Source: Microthyrium microscopicum
Taxonomy: Eukaryota
Direction of reading: 5' to 3'
Length of the DNA stretch: 64,000 nucleotides
Assembly: GCA_010405405.1 (NCBI GenBank)
Contig: MU004231.1
Span: 3,466,401 to 3,530,400 of the forward strand
Shown: piece by piece, positions 61,144 to 64,000 of the stretch
Position numbering within the stretch: the stretch's first letter is position 1
Layout: every line of letters starts with the position of its first letter
Translations under genes and position numbers: made by a program
Notes under the pieces: generated by a model
Told to the model about the DNA's origin: nothing
The model's database searches: none
The model's input: the letters and a program-made list of their open reading frames with translations, nothing else

Positions 61144-62013
61144 TTGAACACAGGAGCGGCAGAGGTTCGAGCAAGATTTCAGTACCACAATGCCCCTCCA
61201 GCATATTTAGCAACAGACGTATCGGTCACACGAATCAAGACTTCTGGCATGAGGAAAGCAGAGTATCATCCCGCAGATTCCGATGAAGTTATCCCACTAT
61301 GGGTTGATACAACGAATCTAGATGAAGATACCATGTCCATGTCCATAGAGAGCCTGCAAAAGATTCCGGTTACAGTATGGATCAGCATTGCTGAAGTCCG
61401 GCTAGTGTTCGACATACCGCATTGGAAAGGCCAGGATGACGAGTGGCTTGCATGTGGCCATATACTCAAGGCTAAGGTTGATCGAGTTATGCATTACGAC
61501 GGAGACAACGGTGAATGGAATCTCGTTACGCCGCATTGGAACAGCATCGGTGAAGCGGATGCCTTTGCAAATGTTGAAGTGGAGGCTCACTCCAAGGAAG
61601 ACAGCATACCTGTCATCTTTGAAGAAGATGAAGAAGAGGCTCATTCTAAGGAAGGCAAGATATCTATTATCTTTAAAGAAGATGAAGAAGAGGCTCACTC
61701 TAAGGAAGTCGAGATATCTGTTATCTATGAAGAAGATGTTAAGGAAGACGAGACGTCTTGTACCATTGTAGAAGATGAAGAAGAAGCGCAGTCCCTAACT
61801 GGTGGCATACCCGTTACCTCAGAAGAGGACGAAGAGGGGGTCCAGCGCAAGGAGGTTAACTCTACTACTTCACAGGTTACAGAAGTAGCAGATGAAATAC
61901 AGAAACTCCGGCTTGCGCTGGAAGAGAGTGTAGCCGTTTTGGACGATTGGTCTAAAAGCTGCACGGAGCACACAATAGCATTTATGGCAGCGGTAAGGAA
62001 GGCTTCTAGATAA
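61144..62013 (+). CDS. Hypothetical protein with acidic 18-aa tandem repeats; start uncertain (first in-frame ATG at 61249)
   Basis: Open frame of 289 codons with repeats EAHSKEDSIPVIFEEDEE / EAHSKEGKISIIFKEDEE / EAHSKEVEISVIYEED. Confidence 0.55.
   Translation: MNTGAAEVRARFQYHNAPPAYLATDVSVTRIKTSGMRKAEYHPADSDEVIPLWVDTTNLDEDTMSMSIESLQKIPVTVWISIAEVRLVFDIPHWKGQDDEWLACGHILKAKVDRVMHYDGDNGEWNLVTPHWNSIGEADAFANVEVEAHSKEDSIPVIFEEDEEEAHSKEGKISIIFKEDEEEAHSKEVEISVIYEEDVKEDETSCTIVEDEEEAQSLTGGIPVTSEEDEEGVQRKEVNSTTSQVTEVADEIQKLRLALEESVAVLDDWSKSCTEHTIAFMAAVRKASR
61582..61850 (+). repeat. Coding minisatellite, ~54-nt unit, 3 good and about 2 degenerate copies
   Basis: GAGGCTCAYTCYAAGGAAG...ATCTTTRAAGAAGATGAAGAA recurs at 54-nt spacing. 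Confidence 0.75.
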
Positions 62014-62673
62014 CTGCCGACTCAGCCCACAGAGGTAGCTTTGGAAAGTCATGGAATCTGGCTGCCTCCCAACTGCGGAATCTGTGGCTATTGGGATGCT
62101 ATTAAGTGAACACGGTACTAGCGGCTCACGGAATATCATGTCTACCTACCTGATACTTGTAAAGCTATGTCTGCAGTTGACTCGAAACAACTAACGACTA
62201 TGCAAGTTCTTCCAATCAAGTGCATTCATACCTATACCTTCCCTCGATTCTCATTCCGAACAAGAACGAGTCTTTATGACCTTGTCCCGATTTAGAGACA
62301 CGGATGACGACTGTTACAGGTCAATTTCTAAGAAGCAAATTAGCAATACTATCCCAAGAAAGAGCAACTTGTCGTGCAACTTGTCGTCTCCCCTCTTTGA
62401 GTGGCAGTTGGTATCCGGCGCTTCATACTTGGCTACTGTTACGGATAGAATTGGTTCAAAGAACTTTGCACTACATTCTAAAACCTGAAATAAGAGTATT
62501 TCTTGATCGGTATGCAGGGTAATAGTGAAGAATAGTTCTATAGATATGGTTTGTGCATGGATTTTCATGGAACGGTACGACTATCAATTATTGACCTCTG
62601 CACGTTGCTCAATTATTCGCTCCATCTTCCTATTCGGCTACCATTCGCATACTCGGTCCACACCGCTTGCGTA

Positions 62674-63991
62674 TTACAGAAGACCCTCAAAGTATCCTTC
62701 GCTCTCGAGATCATCAATAAGTCGGATATACTCCTCATCTAAATGTTCCCAGCCCTCGGGCTTATCAAATACCAGAAAACGAGGTTGCATCTCAAAAGGG
62801 TCTTGATTGCCGATCAGCCGCTTCCTCTCTGAAGGTTCTAATGCCCACAGCTGTGCTAGGGTAGAACGGTCCATCCTTGCTCCGAACTTATAGTTGTGGG
62901 CGAAAGTGTACTCATAGCGTAGGACATTTGAGAACCAGAGCGGCGCTTCAATCCGGAAGGCACTGGTACGCTCAAAGTCCCTCCATGTCTGCTCAAGACC
63001 TACAGGACGCGTAGTGACTTTGAATTGACAATATTCTAACACAAAATCAGGTCGCTCTGGCGGGTCGACCCAGTGGGTATCCAGGCTCATCTGCCAGGCC
63101 ATCTTGTCACCCATCCTCCGGTAGCCATCTAACTCTGGGGACAAGTCTTCCTCCTCTGGGAGTGTTCTCGATGACCACCCACGATGTGTATATTTGGAAT
63201 GTAGTTGGGCGTAGTAATCTGTTAACCGAGCCAGTGGATACGCGTCGTGCTGAAGAAAAGTGGTTCGTGGAAACAATGCGAATGCCTTATTCCATGTAAT
63301 GACGTTCATAACTACAGTAGAGTAAAACGACCTGAGGATCATCCGAATTGGTGGGCCGTCTGCCGCTATGACTTGTATTTTCCGATTGTCCTTTGTGAAT
63401 GTAGCGATCTAGAAGGGATCAGAAGTTGCTGATAACGCGGTTTTGCGTCCTGAGGACTGATGACAGCCAGGTTTAAAGCAAAGTAGTGTAACAACACTCA
63501 CTATGAAGGCCACAGGTACCGTACAAATTGCAGCGACTTACCATTGTGAGATCAATATCGATGTAACCTATTCGTCCCTTCTCCTCTCCTTGAATATAAC
63601 CTTCTTCTTCGATCAGGTATTCGCACATGCACTCTGCGTCTACACCATCCTCAACGAATATATCCAGATCCGACTCAGGCCATGTGACGCGCTCGAGAAA
63701 TTGAAGCGCGAAGCTCCCGGAGATCAAGCCATTACATAGAGCGAGTTGGTTCCGAAAGCCAACTGGGTCACAAAGGAACGGCCGGAGCTTTGAATTGATG
63801 TTCCACTCTGATTCGTATATAGCGTTTCGGGCAGTATGACAAGTGCTAGCCAGTTGAAGAAGATCGGCAGTAGAAATATAAGATGTGAATGCTGTACGTA
63901 TTGGTCGAAAGCGGTCCGTGAGGAAGAGATCTAAAAATGTCGGCGTGGTGGGACGGTCCAGCTTGAGACGTTTCCGAGGCGGAGACAACAT
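62674..63991 (-). CDS. F-box-like protein with a nucleotidyltransferase-like (GS...DLD) motif; intron 63409-63541
   Basis: YISTADLLQLASTCHTAR (F-box-like), LISGSFALQFLERVTWPESDLDIFV, spliced to IATFTKDNRKIQVIA...ILRSFYSTVVMNVI...KYTHRGW. Confidence 0.7.
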
Positions 63992-64000
63992 ACTCAGAAT

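Noticed and set aside
1..64000. tRNA, rRNA, CRISPR array, TPP riboswitch, secondary-metabolite backbone gene
   Set aside because: None recognised by eye; a tRNAscan-SE/Rfam run would be needed to exclude small RNAs formally.

Overview
This is eukaryotic DNA from a filamentous ascomycete (Pezizomycotina; class not determinable with confidence), with short GT-AG and GC-AG introns and CTRAC-like branch sites. Bases 1-46.7 kb are mostly conserved genes: PRP18 (truncated by the window edge), SAP18, an LCAT-like hydrolase, a LAMMER kinase, an ABM protein, a DODA/LigB dioxygenase, vWA and BTB-like proteins, the divergent FTR1-FET3 iron-uptake pair with SreA-type GATA sites, MARVEL and PTH11-like proteins, APC10, LEU2, an amidase, a cytochrome b5-like MAPR protein, RPS25 and a large F-box protein. 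Bases 47-64 kb look accessory. They hold two tandem ZZ-type zinc-finger mini-genes that are only visible after splicing, an acidic repeat protein and an F-box-like protein with a nucleotidyltransferase-like motif. They also hold the most interesting feature: a head-to-head pair of otherwise unrelated genes (a soluble low-complexity acidic protein and a multi-pass membrane protein) sharing a ~22-aa motif, VRKPDGT[LI]VxxKR, conserved at the protein level. A RIP-degraded 3170-bp DNA transposon (57-bp TIRs, 9-bp TSD) sits in their shared upstream region. All exon boundaries and family calls were made by eye, with no database search.
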